Shown here piece after piece: positions 29,578-38,423 of a stretch of 64,000 nt of DNA. A model generated the notes under the pieces. That model did no database searches, was not told where the DNA came from, and saw only the letters and a program-made list of their open reading frames with translations. Position 1 is the stretch's first letter, and each line of letters begins with the position of its first letter. Source of the DNA: an uncultured delta proteobacterium (lineage in GTDB: Bacteria; Myxococcota_A; Polyangia; Fen-1088). The DNA is taken from positions 352,001 through 416,000 of the forward strand of contig CAVWIP010000008.1 of the NCBI GenBank assembly GCA_963755125.1, read 5' to 3'. Both the position numbers and the translations under genes were made by a program.

Positions 29578-30396
29578 TCACTTCAGCTCGCTCGGCTCCT
29601 TCGGTGACGTCGTCGGCGCGGTGTCGGTCGTAGCGTCTGTAGCAGTTGCTTCCATACCGCTGCCCGCGGCGGAGACGGCCTGGCGCAGGTCTCGCCTGGC
29701 CTTCTCCTCAGCAATGCGCCTCTTGTGCTCGTCGCTGCGCAGGTAGCGCAGAGCCCGGCTGATTCGCCGCGATGCGCGCTCCTCGGAGTCTCGAACCATT
29801 CGTGATGCCTGCTCCGGATTGGATGACCGGATGGATGCCCCTGGAAAGCGTGTCGTCGGGCTGACGTCACCCTCCAGACCAAGAATCCAATCCAGCGCCG
29901 CCAACGCCACAAAGGCCTTTGCCAACGCCGGGAAATAACTGAGGAGCAGCCCCGTCGCTTCATCCAGCGCCGTTTCCGTGGGCCGCCCGCGCCCCAGCGG
30001 CTCAGGCGCTACCGGCTGCAAGTGTCCCACCTCGTCAAGGCGCGCCGTGTGGCCATACCGAACAGCTCGAACTTCCTCCGATGATAGCGGCACGGTCTCG
30101 TAGACCGGCGGATAGTCGAGCTTCCCGTCGACCAAGAGTGGCAGGAGTCGATGCAATTTGCCTTGGACTGCCATCTCCGGACGCCGCCTCGCCAAGGCGT
30201 AGAACAATAGCCTTGCGTCCTGGCCGCCCTTGAGCCCCAGGAATGCGAACACCCGCCGAGCAATCTCTTCGTCGGTCGGGGAATCCTTTAGGAGGGTGCT
30301 TCGCGACAGGAGGCTCGGTGTCCGCGCCCGGTGGCGCCCTGTCCGCCGGGGAGGCTTCCCCAATTTGGTTCGCGGGATTTTAGTTGATTCGCTCAT
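29578..30396 (-). CDS. Hypothetical protein divergent from xis
   Basis: 272-aa ORF with GGAG upstream; occupies the regulator position of satellite-like elements. Confidence 0.55.
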   Translation of the reverse strand: MSESTKIPRTKLGKPPRRTGRHRARTPSLLSRSTLLKDSPTDEEIARRVFAFLGLKGGQDARLLFYALARRRPEMAVQGKLHRLLPLLVDGKLDYPPVYETVPLSSEEVRAVRYGHTARLDEVGHLQPVAPEPLGRGRPTETALDEATGLLLSYFPALAKAFVALAALDWILGLEGDVSPTTRFPGASIRSSNPEQASRMVRDSEERASRRISRALRYLRSDEHKRRIAEEKARRDLRQAVSAAGSGMEATATDATTDTAPTTSPKEPSELK

Positions 30397-30482
30397 CTCG
30401 AACTACTCCGGCAAGGTCAATTACCGCAACGGCCGCAACCACTCACACTGACAACAACCAAATGTGATCGAGGACCAATACG

Positions 30483-30700
30483 ATGTCCACTGAGACCGCC
30501 ACAACATTATGGACCTATACGGCTACTGCCAAACGACTGGGTCTGCCCACCACATCGCTTCGCAACATGGTGGCCCGCCGGACCGTCCCCTTTATCCGGA
30601 TTGGCCCGCGCACCGTGCGCTTTGAACCCAGCGTGTCGAAGCGTGGCTACGCGCACGAAGCACGCAGCCAGATGGCAGCGCAGCAGCGCCTACTCGCTGA
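30483..30700 (+). CDS. Excisionase/AlpA-like HTH protein, probable frameshift near 30635
   Basis: TAKRLGL...LRNMVARRTVPFIRIGPRTVRF; the expected VEAWL tail is in another frame. Confidence 0.75.
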
Positions 30701-30781
30701 GGCCGAGGCTACCATGCCAACTCACCTGCCCTCATACCCCGCGGTTGCCGTCGAGCCGGCCAATCGGCCGAGGGAGCAATC

Positions 30782-33196
30782 ATGAAGGACATATCCACGG
30801 CCGAAGAGGCATTCCGTGCCGCTGCGGCGGAAATGCGGGTCGATCTGCCCGACGAGATTATTGCGGACGGCAAAATCCATCGCTGCGAGGTCGAAGGAGA
30901 GCAGGGTAAGCAGAACGGCGCATATCTCTACCACCCGGACGGTGTTCCCGCCGGGTGGTTCCAAAACTGGAAGCGCGGGAAAGGTCAAACCTGGTGCGGT
31001 CGCGACCTGAGCACGTTGTCTCCCGCCGAACAATCCGCCCATCGAGACCGTCTGGCTGCGATGCACCGAGAGCAAGCTGCCGAGCAAGAGCGGGTCCACG
31101 CCGAGAAGGGCAGGCTTGCCACCTGGATCTTTGACAATGCGCAGCCCGCAACCTCACACCCCTATCTGGACCGAAAGGGCGTCAAGTCATACGGACTGCG
31201 TCTCAACCGCGATGGAAGGCTTGTCGTCCCGGGATATGACAGCGACGGTCAAATCTGCACGCTCCAATTCACCGACGACGATGGCAACAAGCGATTCCTG
31301 AAGGCCGCGAAGAAGGCCGGATGCTCGTTTGCCATTGGTGAATTTGCCGACGACCCGATCTGCATCTGTGAGGGCTATGCGACGAGTGCCAGTATTCATG
31401 AGGCGACCGGGTACTTGGTAATCACAGCATTCGATTCGGGGAACCTGCTGCCTGTTGCCGAGGCAGTGCGTGCGAAGTACCCGACAGCCAAGATCATAAT
31501 CTGCGCCGATGATGATTATGGCGTTGACGGAAACCCTGGCGTGACTCGTGGAGCCCAAGCGGCACAGGCTGTTCGGGGATTACTTGCAATCCCTGACTTT
31601 GGTGAGAGCCGCCCCGCGGGCGCAACCGATTTCAACGACCTACACCAGGCCCAGGGGCTCGCCGCCGTCAAGGCGAGCATTGACGCGGCGGCATCACCAG
31701 TAAACCCGGACGGGACCCCACCACGGCGCAGAGTTGCTCTCACCGACACGGGAAACGCCGAGCGGTTTGCTGACATGTTCGGGCTTGACGTTCGCTTCGT
31801 GCCCGAGTGGGGCAAGTTCTTCGTGTGGAATGGCCAGTTCTGGGCCGGAGACAGCGGTTCAATTCGGGTTCTCGAGATGACCAAGGACGTTGCCCGGTCA
31901 TTCCTGCTGGACGCGCACGCCTGTAGAGACGACAACCAGCGCGCCGCCATCATCGATCATGCGCGGCGCGCAGAACAGGAGCCCAAGCGGAAGGCGATGC
32001 TGGCGCTGGTACAGGCGGAGCCTCCGATCCCGATGGCACACGCGGCCCTCGACTGCGACCGAATGTTGCTCAATGTTCAGAACGGCACGCTCGACCTGCG
32101 CACCGGTAAGCTGAAACCTCACGACCGCCGAGATTTGATCACGCGCATTCTGCCGGTTGCCTACAACCCCGACGCCACATGCCCCCTCTGGTTGAAGTTC
32201 CTCGGCGAGGTGCTGCCCGACGAGGAAACTATAGCCTTCATCCAGCGCGCAATTGGTTACAGCATCACAGGTGACGTGTCGGAGCATTGTCTGTTCTTCC
32301 TGCACGGATTGGGGGCGAACGGAAAGAGCGTGTTCCTTCTTGTTTTTCTGGCTTTGCTCGGTGAGTACGCGACACAGGCCCCGACGGCAATGCTGCTCGC
32401 AAGAAGCGGAGAGACGCACCCGACGGAGCTAACGACATTGCATGGACGCCGGATGGCTGTCTGCCAGGAAACACCGTCCGGGAAAGGCTGGGCGGAAGAG
32501 ATAATCAAGCACATCACCGGTGGAGATCGGATTTCGGCCCGGCGGATGCGCGAGGACTTCTGGCAGTTTGAGCCGACGCACAAACTGTGGGTCAGCGGCA
32601 ACCACAAACCTGTCGTCAGGGGCACAGACGAAGGAATCTGGCGTCGTTTGAGGCTGGTCCCCTTTGAACGCGTGATTCCCGAAGCGGAGCGAGATCCTAA
32701 GCTCACCGATAGACTATGTGCGGAGCTGCCCGGCATCCTGACATGGGCCGTCCAGGGCTGTCTCACGTGGCAGCGTGATGGCTTGGGCATGAGCGCCAAG
32801 GTGAAGGCGGCCACCGCAGACTACCGCGAAGAGTCCGACCGCCTGGGACCGTTCCTCGCCGAGTGCTGCCAAACCGCACCTGATGCCGTCGTCTCGCGCA
32901 AGGAAATCTACCGAAAGTATGTTGACTGGGCCGAGGAGCAAGGTGAGCGGTGGCCAATGTCCGAGCGCAGCTTTGCCGACGCCATGCATGGACATGGTTT
33001 CTCTGACTGTTACACCCAGCTCAATGGCAAGAGATGCCGTGGATGGGGCGGAATCGCATTGGCCAGCAACACATGCAACAGCTCCGCACCGAGTTATCGG
33101 TATAACTCGGTTGATATGGTCGCGTGTGAAACAAACCAAGAAATAGGCGCCAATGTGTTGCCGCCTGTTGCTGCAAAGACGGAGGAATTGTTATGA
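30782..33196 (+). CDS. P4-family primase-helicase (Toprim + D5_N + SF3 helicase)
   Basis: HPYL.RKG, CEGYAT, CADDD, TDFNDL; TDTGNAERF; GLGANGKS; ITGGD.ISAR; IWRRL. Confidence 0.93.
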   Translation: MKDISTAEEAFRAAAAEMRVDLPDEIIADGKIHRCEVEGEQGKQNGAYLYHPDGVPAGWFQNWKRGKGQTWCGRDLSTLSPAEQSAHRDRLAAMHREQAAEQERVHAEKGRLATWIFDNAQPATSHPYLDRKGVKSYGLRLNRDGRLVVPGYDSDGQICTLQFTDDDGNKRFLKAAKKAGCSFAIGEFADDPICICEGYATSASIHEATGYLVITAFDSGNLLPVAEAVRAKYPTAKIIICADDDYGVDGNPGVTRGAQAAQAVRGLLAIPDFGESRPAGATDFNDLHQAQGLAAVKASIDAAASPVNPDGTPPRRRVALTDTGNAERFADMFGLDVRFVPEWGKFFVWNGQFWAGDSGSIRVLEMTKDVARSFLLDAHACRDDNQRAAIIDHARRAEQEPKRKAMLALVQAEPPIPMAHAALDCDRMLLNVQNGTLDLRTGKLKPHDRRDLITRILPVAYNPDATCPLWLKFLGEVLPDEETIAFIQRAIGYSITGDVSEHCLFFLHGLGANGKSVFLLVFLALLGEYATQAPTAMLLARSGETHPTELTTLHGRRMAVCQETPSGKGWAEEIIKHITGGDRISARRMREDFWQFEPTHKLWVSGNHKPVVRGTDEGIWRRLRLVPFERVIPEAERDPKLTDRLCAELPGILTWAVQGCLTWQRDGLGMSAKVKAATADYREESDRLGPFLAECCQTAPDAVVSRKEIYRKYVDWAEEQGERWPMSERSFADAMHGHGFSDCYTQLNGKRCRGWGGIALASNTCNSSAPSYRYNSVDMVACETNQEIGANVLPPVAAKTEELL

Positions 33197-33346
33197 ATGC
33201 GTTAGGCGGCAACACATGCAACAGATTTGCACCGAGTTATCCTATAACTTGGTTGATAGCGTCGCGTATGAAACAAACCCAGAAATAGGTGACAATCTGT
33301 TGCCACCTGTTGCCGAAAAGAAGGAGGGATTGTTATGAATGCGTTA
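33064..33346 (+). repeat. Two tandem ~140-bp units with internal inverted GCAACA/TGTTGC repeats (ori-like)
   Basis: 33064-33205 vs 33207-33346; both end GGAG...TTGTTATGAATGCGTTAG. Confidence 0.9.
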
Positions 33347-35257
33347 GAAATTCTCACTGAGTGTCAGTCCAATGGCGTAGAACTCCAACTGGAGGGTGAG
33401 CGGCTCCGAGTGGTGGGAACCCAGGCGGCACGCGACAAGCTCCGGCCGCAAATCCTGGCGCACAAGCCCGAGCTTCTCGTTCTGATGGGTGACGATGCTT
33501 CCAAGTCACGTCGGAAGCGGCAGGCCGACCGCGCCCTGAAGGTGAGCTACACGCTGGTGACCTCGGCGGGGCAGCTGCCGGCCGTTGTCGATGCCCTTGG
33601 TCGGAATACACCCGTGGCGCTCGACATCGAGACGACTGGGCGTGACCCGCTCATACACAAACCGCGACTGCTGCAGTTGGGGTTCCCCGACGGAGCAGTC
33701 TACATCATCGATCTGTGGGCCGTACCTGACATCGCTGCCATCGGGAACGCGCTGGCGCACATGACGGTGATTGGCCACAACCTGCAGTTCGACCTCGCCT
33801 TCCTGAAGCATCACTACGGCGTCACCGTTGGCCACGCCCACTGCACCATGACGGCAGCACGGTTGATCGATGCGGGCTTGCATTTTCACGACAAGGGTTA
33901 CTTCACGCTGGCCGCGGTGGCAGACCGTTACCTCGGCGTGACGCTCGACAAGACGCTGCAAACGTCTGACTGGTCCGCTGTCCTCACGGCCGACCAGCTT
34001 CTCTATGCAGCAAGGGACGTGCTTTACCTGTTCGACCTGGATGACACCCTCGGGCAGCAACTGCGCGACCTGGAACTCACTGACGTCTACGAGCTGGAGT
34101 CAGCCTTCATCCCGGTCGCCGTCGACATGTACCTCACCGGTCTGCCGGTTGACCCGCAGCGGTGGCAGGACTATCTGACCTCCCAGCAGGCGGCCCTCGG
34201 GAAATGCGAACGCCAGCTGGCCGATGAGCTCCCTGGTGTAAATCCGATGTCCCCGAAGCAGTTGCTGCCGGCGCTCCGGGAGCTGGGCTGTGACGTCAAA
34301 TCTACCAGTGCCGACGTACTCGCACCGTACCGCCCCATCTTGGCGGTAGACCACCTGCTGAACTACCGCTCCCTCCGCGTGTTCGCTCGCACGCTTGGAC
34401 CCACGGTGGCCAAAGCCATAGCGCTTCACGGTGACAGCCGTGTCCACACCCCGCTCTTCCCCCTTGGTGCCCCGACTGGGCGAATGAGCTGCAGCAAACC
34501 AAACCTGCTGGCAATGCCAAAGGACTCAGCCGTCCGCCACTGCATCGCCGCCCCACCCGGAACCAGGTTAATCTCTGCCGACTACTCCGCAATCGAGCTG
34601 CGAGTCGTAGCAGACGTCACACAAGACCCTTTGCTCCTCCAAGTCTTTCGATCTGGAGGTGACCCACACCGGACGACCGCCGCACGCCTAGTGCACAGGT
34701 CAGACGCACAGATCACGAAGGAAGAGCGCCAGCAGGCCAAAGCCGTCAACTTCGGTTTCATCTTCGGCATGGGCGCCGAGACCTTCGTCGAATATGCTTA
34801 TGCGTGCTACCAACTCAAATTATCGATTGCCGAGGCCGAGCGCTTTCGCAATGGCTACCTGAATGCATACGTCGGCGTTGCCGCGTGGCAGCGGCGCACG
34901 GGGCGACTGAAAGCCTCAAGCATCCGCACGGCCAGTGGGCGCCTCCGCCGGTTTGAGAACCCGGACGAGGGCTATTGCCAGCGTTTGAACACGCCCATCC
35001 AGGGGACCGCCGCCGACGGCATGAAGAAGGCACTGATCTTGCTCCACCAGGAGCTTCCCCGGTTTGGCGCAAAGCTTCTCCTGGCGGTTCATGACGAAGT
35101 CCTGATCGAGGCGCCGGCCGAGGCGGCCGAAGAGGTGAAGGCCGTTGTGGTCTCATGCATGAAGAAAGGCATGGAAGCGTTCGTCAAGTCGGTGCCCATC
35201 GAGGTCGAGGCCAGCGTGCGAACCACCTGGTCCGCAACCGACGCGGAAACCAAATAG
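33335..35257 (+). CDS. Element-encoded family A DNA polymerase with 3'-5' exonuclease and a small TubC-N-like N-terminal domain (no 5'-3' exonuclease)
   Basis: Exo motifs DIET, HNLQFD, YAARD; TGRMS; motif A DYSAIELR, motif B RQQAKAVNFG, NTPIQGTAAD, motif C VHDE. Confidence 0.93.
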   Translation: MNALEILTECQSNGVELQLEGERLRVVGTQAARDKLRPQILAHKPELLVLMGDDASKSRRKRQADRALKVSYTLVTSAGQLPAVVDALGRNTPVALDIETTGRDPLIHKPRLLQLGFPDGAVYIIDLWAVPDIAAIGNALAHMTVIGHNLQFDLAFLKHHYGVTVGHAHCTMTAARLIDAGLHFHDKGYFTLAAVADRYLGVTLDKTLQTSDWSAVLTADQLLYAARDVLYLFDLDDTLGQQLRDLELTDVYELESAFIPVAVDMYLTGLPVDPQRWQDYLTSQQAALGKCERQLADELPGVNPMSPKQLLPALRELGCDVKSTSADVLAPYRPILAVDHLLNYRSLRVFARTLGPTVAKAIALHGDSRVHTPLFPLGAPTGRMSCSKPNLLAMPKDSAVRHCIAAPPGTRLISADYSAIELRVVADVTQDPLLLQVFRSGGDPHRTTAARLVHRSDAQITKEERQQAKAVNFGFIFGMGAETFVEYAYACYQLKLSIAEAERFRNGYLNAYVGVAAWQRRTGRLKASSIRTASGRLRRFENPDEGYCQRLNTPIQGTAADGMKKALILLHQELPRFGAKLLLAVHDEVLIEAPAEAAEEVKAVVVSCMKKGMEAFVKSVPIEVEASVRTTWSATDAETK

Positions 35258-35553
35258 CGGCTCTATTCACCACCAGTAGAAAGCAATCCATTCGGGCAAA
35301 TAATGCCACCGAAACCCCATGATACTTATCTTCACCACCAGAAACCCGGGGCCCACCCGCGCGGCAAGTTTGCCAATATCAGGTGGGTTCCGGGCGCACG
35401 GTGTCTTGGTGGAAATAGTACCCATTCTGGCCGGCGGAGACAAACACCCCGCCAAACCATTGTTTTGCATGGCCTCACCCGCAAATTCTCCACAGACCAA
35501 TAAATGCAAAGGCATTATCGTCCAATAGGCCATTGACTGAAGCGGGGCTGCAT

Positions 35554-36003
35554 ATGCTACAATTACAAATGCCAATGCCTAAAACTCGCGCTATTGATCA
35601 AGTGCCAAACAACCAACACGAGCAGGTTGCCCAGATCGATCTACTCAGGCGCGAACCGGTACTGCGCCCAGTGAGCCCATTAGATCGACTCCAACAAGCT
35701 GCCTGCGGCCTGAGTGAAGTCCAACCACAGGATGTCACGGCTATCCTCACCGACGTCGTCATCACCGAGGTAGCAGCCGTCAAGAAGATGGCCGCACAAG
35801 TGGACGACATGAATCAGATGCTGTTCTCCCAAGGATCAAATGCAGCAGCATCCCCCAGCGCCATTCTCATGATCCTCGAACGCATGTCGGCTCTCTATTG
35901 CCAGCGCCAATCTGAATTCCTGAAGTCAACAGAGCTTCTGCATCGTTTGGCCAGCCCTCCGATCAGACCGACGGTGAACGTACTGTCCGTGACGCGCGCA
36001 TAG
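35554..36003 (+). CDS. Hypothetical helical protein
   Basis: Co-oriented ORF downstream of the polymerase. Confidence 0.5.
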   Translation: MLQLQMPMPKTRAIDQVPNNQHEQVAQIDLLRREPVLRPVSPLDRLQQAACGLSEVQPQDVTAILTDVVITEVAAVKKMAAQVDDMNQMLFSQGSNAAASPSAILMILERMSALYCQRQSEFLKSTELLHRLASPPIRPTVNVLSVTRA

Positions 36004-36020
36004 TCTCTTTAGGTGAGCAC

Positions 36021-36377
36021 ATGACTAGCAAGATTGTTGAGAATGTCCCCAGCTTCGGTGTGGCTGCCGTTCGGGATTCTTTTGGCCGGCGGAAAGGGGG
36101 TACGGCTCAGATCACAGCCATGATCGATGACAAGACCTTCACCACCAAGGTGGATGTCGTCACGGATACGTGTGGCCGGAGATGGCTGCGTTGTTCATGT
36201 GGTGCGAAAAGACGGTATCTTTATGTCCAGAACGGCAAGGTCGGCTGTCGAGGTTGCCTCGGCCTGTTGTACTGGGAGCAGACGGCAATTCCCCGAGATA
36301 GATGGCGGGAGCAGGTAGCCAGACCAGCCTTGAAAGCTTGGCGTAGAGCACGGAAGCAGCCAGGCGCAAGAAGCTAG
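36021..36377 (+). CDS. Zn-finger-like hypothetical protein of satellite-like elements
   Basis: GRRWLRCSCG..RYLY....GCRGCLGLLYWEQ; AGGTGA RBS. Confidence 0.7.
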   Translation: MTSKIVENVPSFGVAAVRDSFGRRKGGTAQITAMIDDKTFTTKVDVVTDTCGRRWLRCSCGAKRRYLYVQNGKVGCRGCLGLLYWEQTAIPRDRWREQVARPALKAWRRARKQPGARS

Positions 36378-36753
36378 CAAAAGCCGAGGAGCCAGTTAGC
36401 TATGGATTTACGAATTGTGAAGCAACGTGACCCTGTACGGCGCGCACACGTGGGCTACATATGTCGATACGGCTACCGGGCTGCAGCATACAAGAAGGCG
36501 CCGATCTTGGGATATGGCGTCTTGTTGTAGTCAGGAGCGAGTTGCCCCAAGAGGTCAGTCTGGTCAAACGAGAAATTCTAGAGCAGAAAGGAGGTGAATC
36601 TCGAAACAATCGGCGGATTGCGGAATGGTTGTCATGCCAGGTCTAGTACAAGGAACTTCACTTGGCGTCCGCGATTACGCTAGCTCATTGGCACGTTGGT
36701 TATGTGAATTGTCCCAAGGTTACAAACTTTGAAGAATCGACGGAGGATTGAAT

Positions 36754-37203
36754 ATGGAAACTATAAATCAAACGGTTTCAGGAACTGGAACGGGGGGCAC
36801 GCTTCCGCCTTTGGAGGTCGTGCAAGTTGAGTGTCCGAGGTGTCACCGAGAGAGTTTGGTTCTGGGCGAGGAAGGTCCACGATGTAAGAAGTGTCGGTAC
36901 AGGAAACCAGGTTGTGAGGCTGCGAGGGACTACCTGGAAGAGGTTCAAGGGATTGATGTTGACGAAATGGAGGTGAATGGCGACGACTTCACGCTGTCAG
37001 AGTGTTATGAATGCGGAGAGGTGGCTGTCGTGGAAACGGGCCCCGGTGACAACGCTCCGAATCCCCATGCGTTTGTTTGTTTCGCTTGTGGTGAGACGTG
37101 GCCCGAGGGTACCCCCAGATGCTCTGAGTGCAGGAGGGTCTGCAGGCTGGATGATACAATCATATGCAACGGATGCAGGGAGAGAGTGATGTCAAGGTTC
37201 TGA
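36754..37203 (+). CDS. Multi-CxxC zinc-ribbon protein
   Basis: Six CxxC pairs; GGAGG RBS. Confidence 0.65.
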   Translation: METINQTVSGTGTGGTLPPLEVVQVECPRCHRESLVLGEEGPRCKKCRYRKPGCEAARDYLEEVQGIDVDEMEVNGDDFTLSECYECGEVAVVETGPGDNAPNPHAFVCFACGETWPEGTPRCSECRRVCRLDDTIICNGCRERVMSRF

Positions 37204-37275
37204 TGCTTGTGCATGGCCGAAGTGGGGACAGGCGATCCCGCATTCAGTTGGTCTCAAGCAGCTCGACGGGAATCG

Positions 37276-37343
37276 CGGGACGACGGTGGTGGGGAAGCTT
37301 CCTCCTCAGATAGTTTGTGGCTGAGCTTCTGAGGAGGAAGCCC
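37276..37343. terminator. Strong hairpin downstream of the zinc-ribbon gene
   Basis: GCTTCCTCCTCAGA ... TCTGAGGAGGAAGC 14-bp stem; no clear T-run. Confidence 0.4.
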
Positions 37344-37507
37344 GGGTTGGTCTCAGTGGCACTGACGGTGGTGTCTATCAGCATGGGGCGGGCATCGAGA
37401 TGAAAGCTGTGGCAGTCATGAAGTGTTGGGAGAGCGAAGTCAGCGCATTCCCAGGACCAGGGGAGGAAATATCATCCAACGGAAGATGACAAGTACAGGA
37501 GGATCTA

Positions 37508-37729
37508 ATGGAAGTTCGAGGCAAGCTTGACGAGATTCTGCGACTCGCCCGGCATCTGAAGGTGGATGGCTTTTTGGCAGACGCCGATGTTAAGGCATGG
37601 ACAAGGCATCCGGCATTCGCGGTCAGTGCCAGTTGGTTCCTGGAAATTGATTTGCAGCGAGCAGCCGGAGCAAACAGGATGGTCGGAGACCCTAATCCTG
37701 AATGGCGCGGTGAAGAGCCGTCGGAGTAA
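37508..37729 (+). CDS. Small hypothetical protein
   Basis: AGGAGG RBS. Confidence 0.45.
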   Translation: MEVRGKLDEILRLARHLKVDGFLADADVKAWTRHPAFAVSASWFLEIDLQRAAGANRMVGDPNPEWRGEEPSE

Positions 37730-37829
37730 GCGGACCAGCTGACTTGGGGCGGGGTTAAGATGGTGTGGCCGCGTCCCAGGCAGCCGAGGACCACAGCGAC
37801 CAGCAGCACCGCGCGGGGGCGGTACATCA

Positions 37830-38040
37830 CGCCGGCCCACAAGCGTTTGGACATAGGTGCCCGCTGCAGAAAGTGCTTTCATTTGCTCTAATGGGAACAG
37901 ACTGCGATTGGCCGGAATAAGTGGCGGGAAGAGATAGCCAAACCAACGCTCAGAGCTTGGCGTAGAGCCCGTTTGTCAGCTCACCAAGGTCCGGTAGCCA
38001 AAACAGACAAACGTCGCTCTAATCGCAAGCCAGTAAGCTA
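37830..38040 (+). pseudogene. Degenerate second copy of the 3' end of the 36021-36377 gene and its downstream motif
   Basis: CRKCFHLL*WEQTAI.R.KWRE.IA.P.L.AWRRAR similarity, with an in-frame stop. Confidence 0.8.
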
Positions 38041-38423
38041 CAGCGATACTGTTTGGGTGGGTGTACGAACCGGGGGAGGTACGAGCATCAGGAGCTGTAG
38101 AATTCCGTGACGCTGGTCGACGTGCAGGATGAGGACAACCGTGGTAGGTGGCGCAACGGAGGTTCTGCCACTGAGGGGTAATTGGCTGAGGGAATCCAGG
38201 TTCACTGGGCGCAGCGGTCTTCGTTGCCACAGGTGTCGACCAGAACGTCAAGCGCGCAGAATCCGCGCATCGGGGCTTGATCGGAGAGCTACGCCTCGGT
38301 TGGAAGGTAACGTCTCTGCCGCTTCGGCATCAGACACAAGGACGGCGGGAGCTGCTCTCTTCTGTGGATCAAGGTCGTCCAGGATGAGAGGGGACTTCGT
38401 AGGTTCCACGGAGGGAGAAACCC

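Noticed and set aside
33335..35257. Host polA
   Set aside because: No 5'-3' exonuclease domain, and it is embedded in a mobile primase operon.
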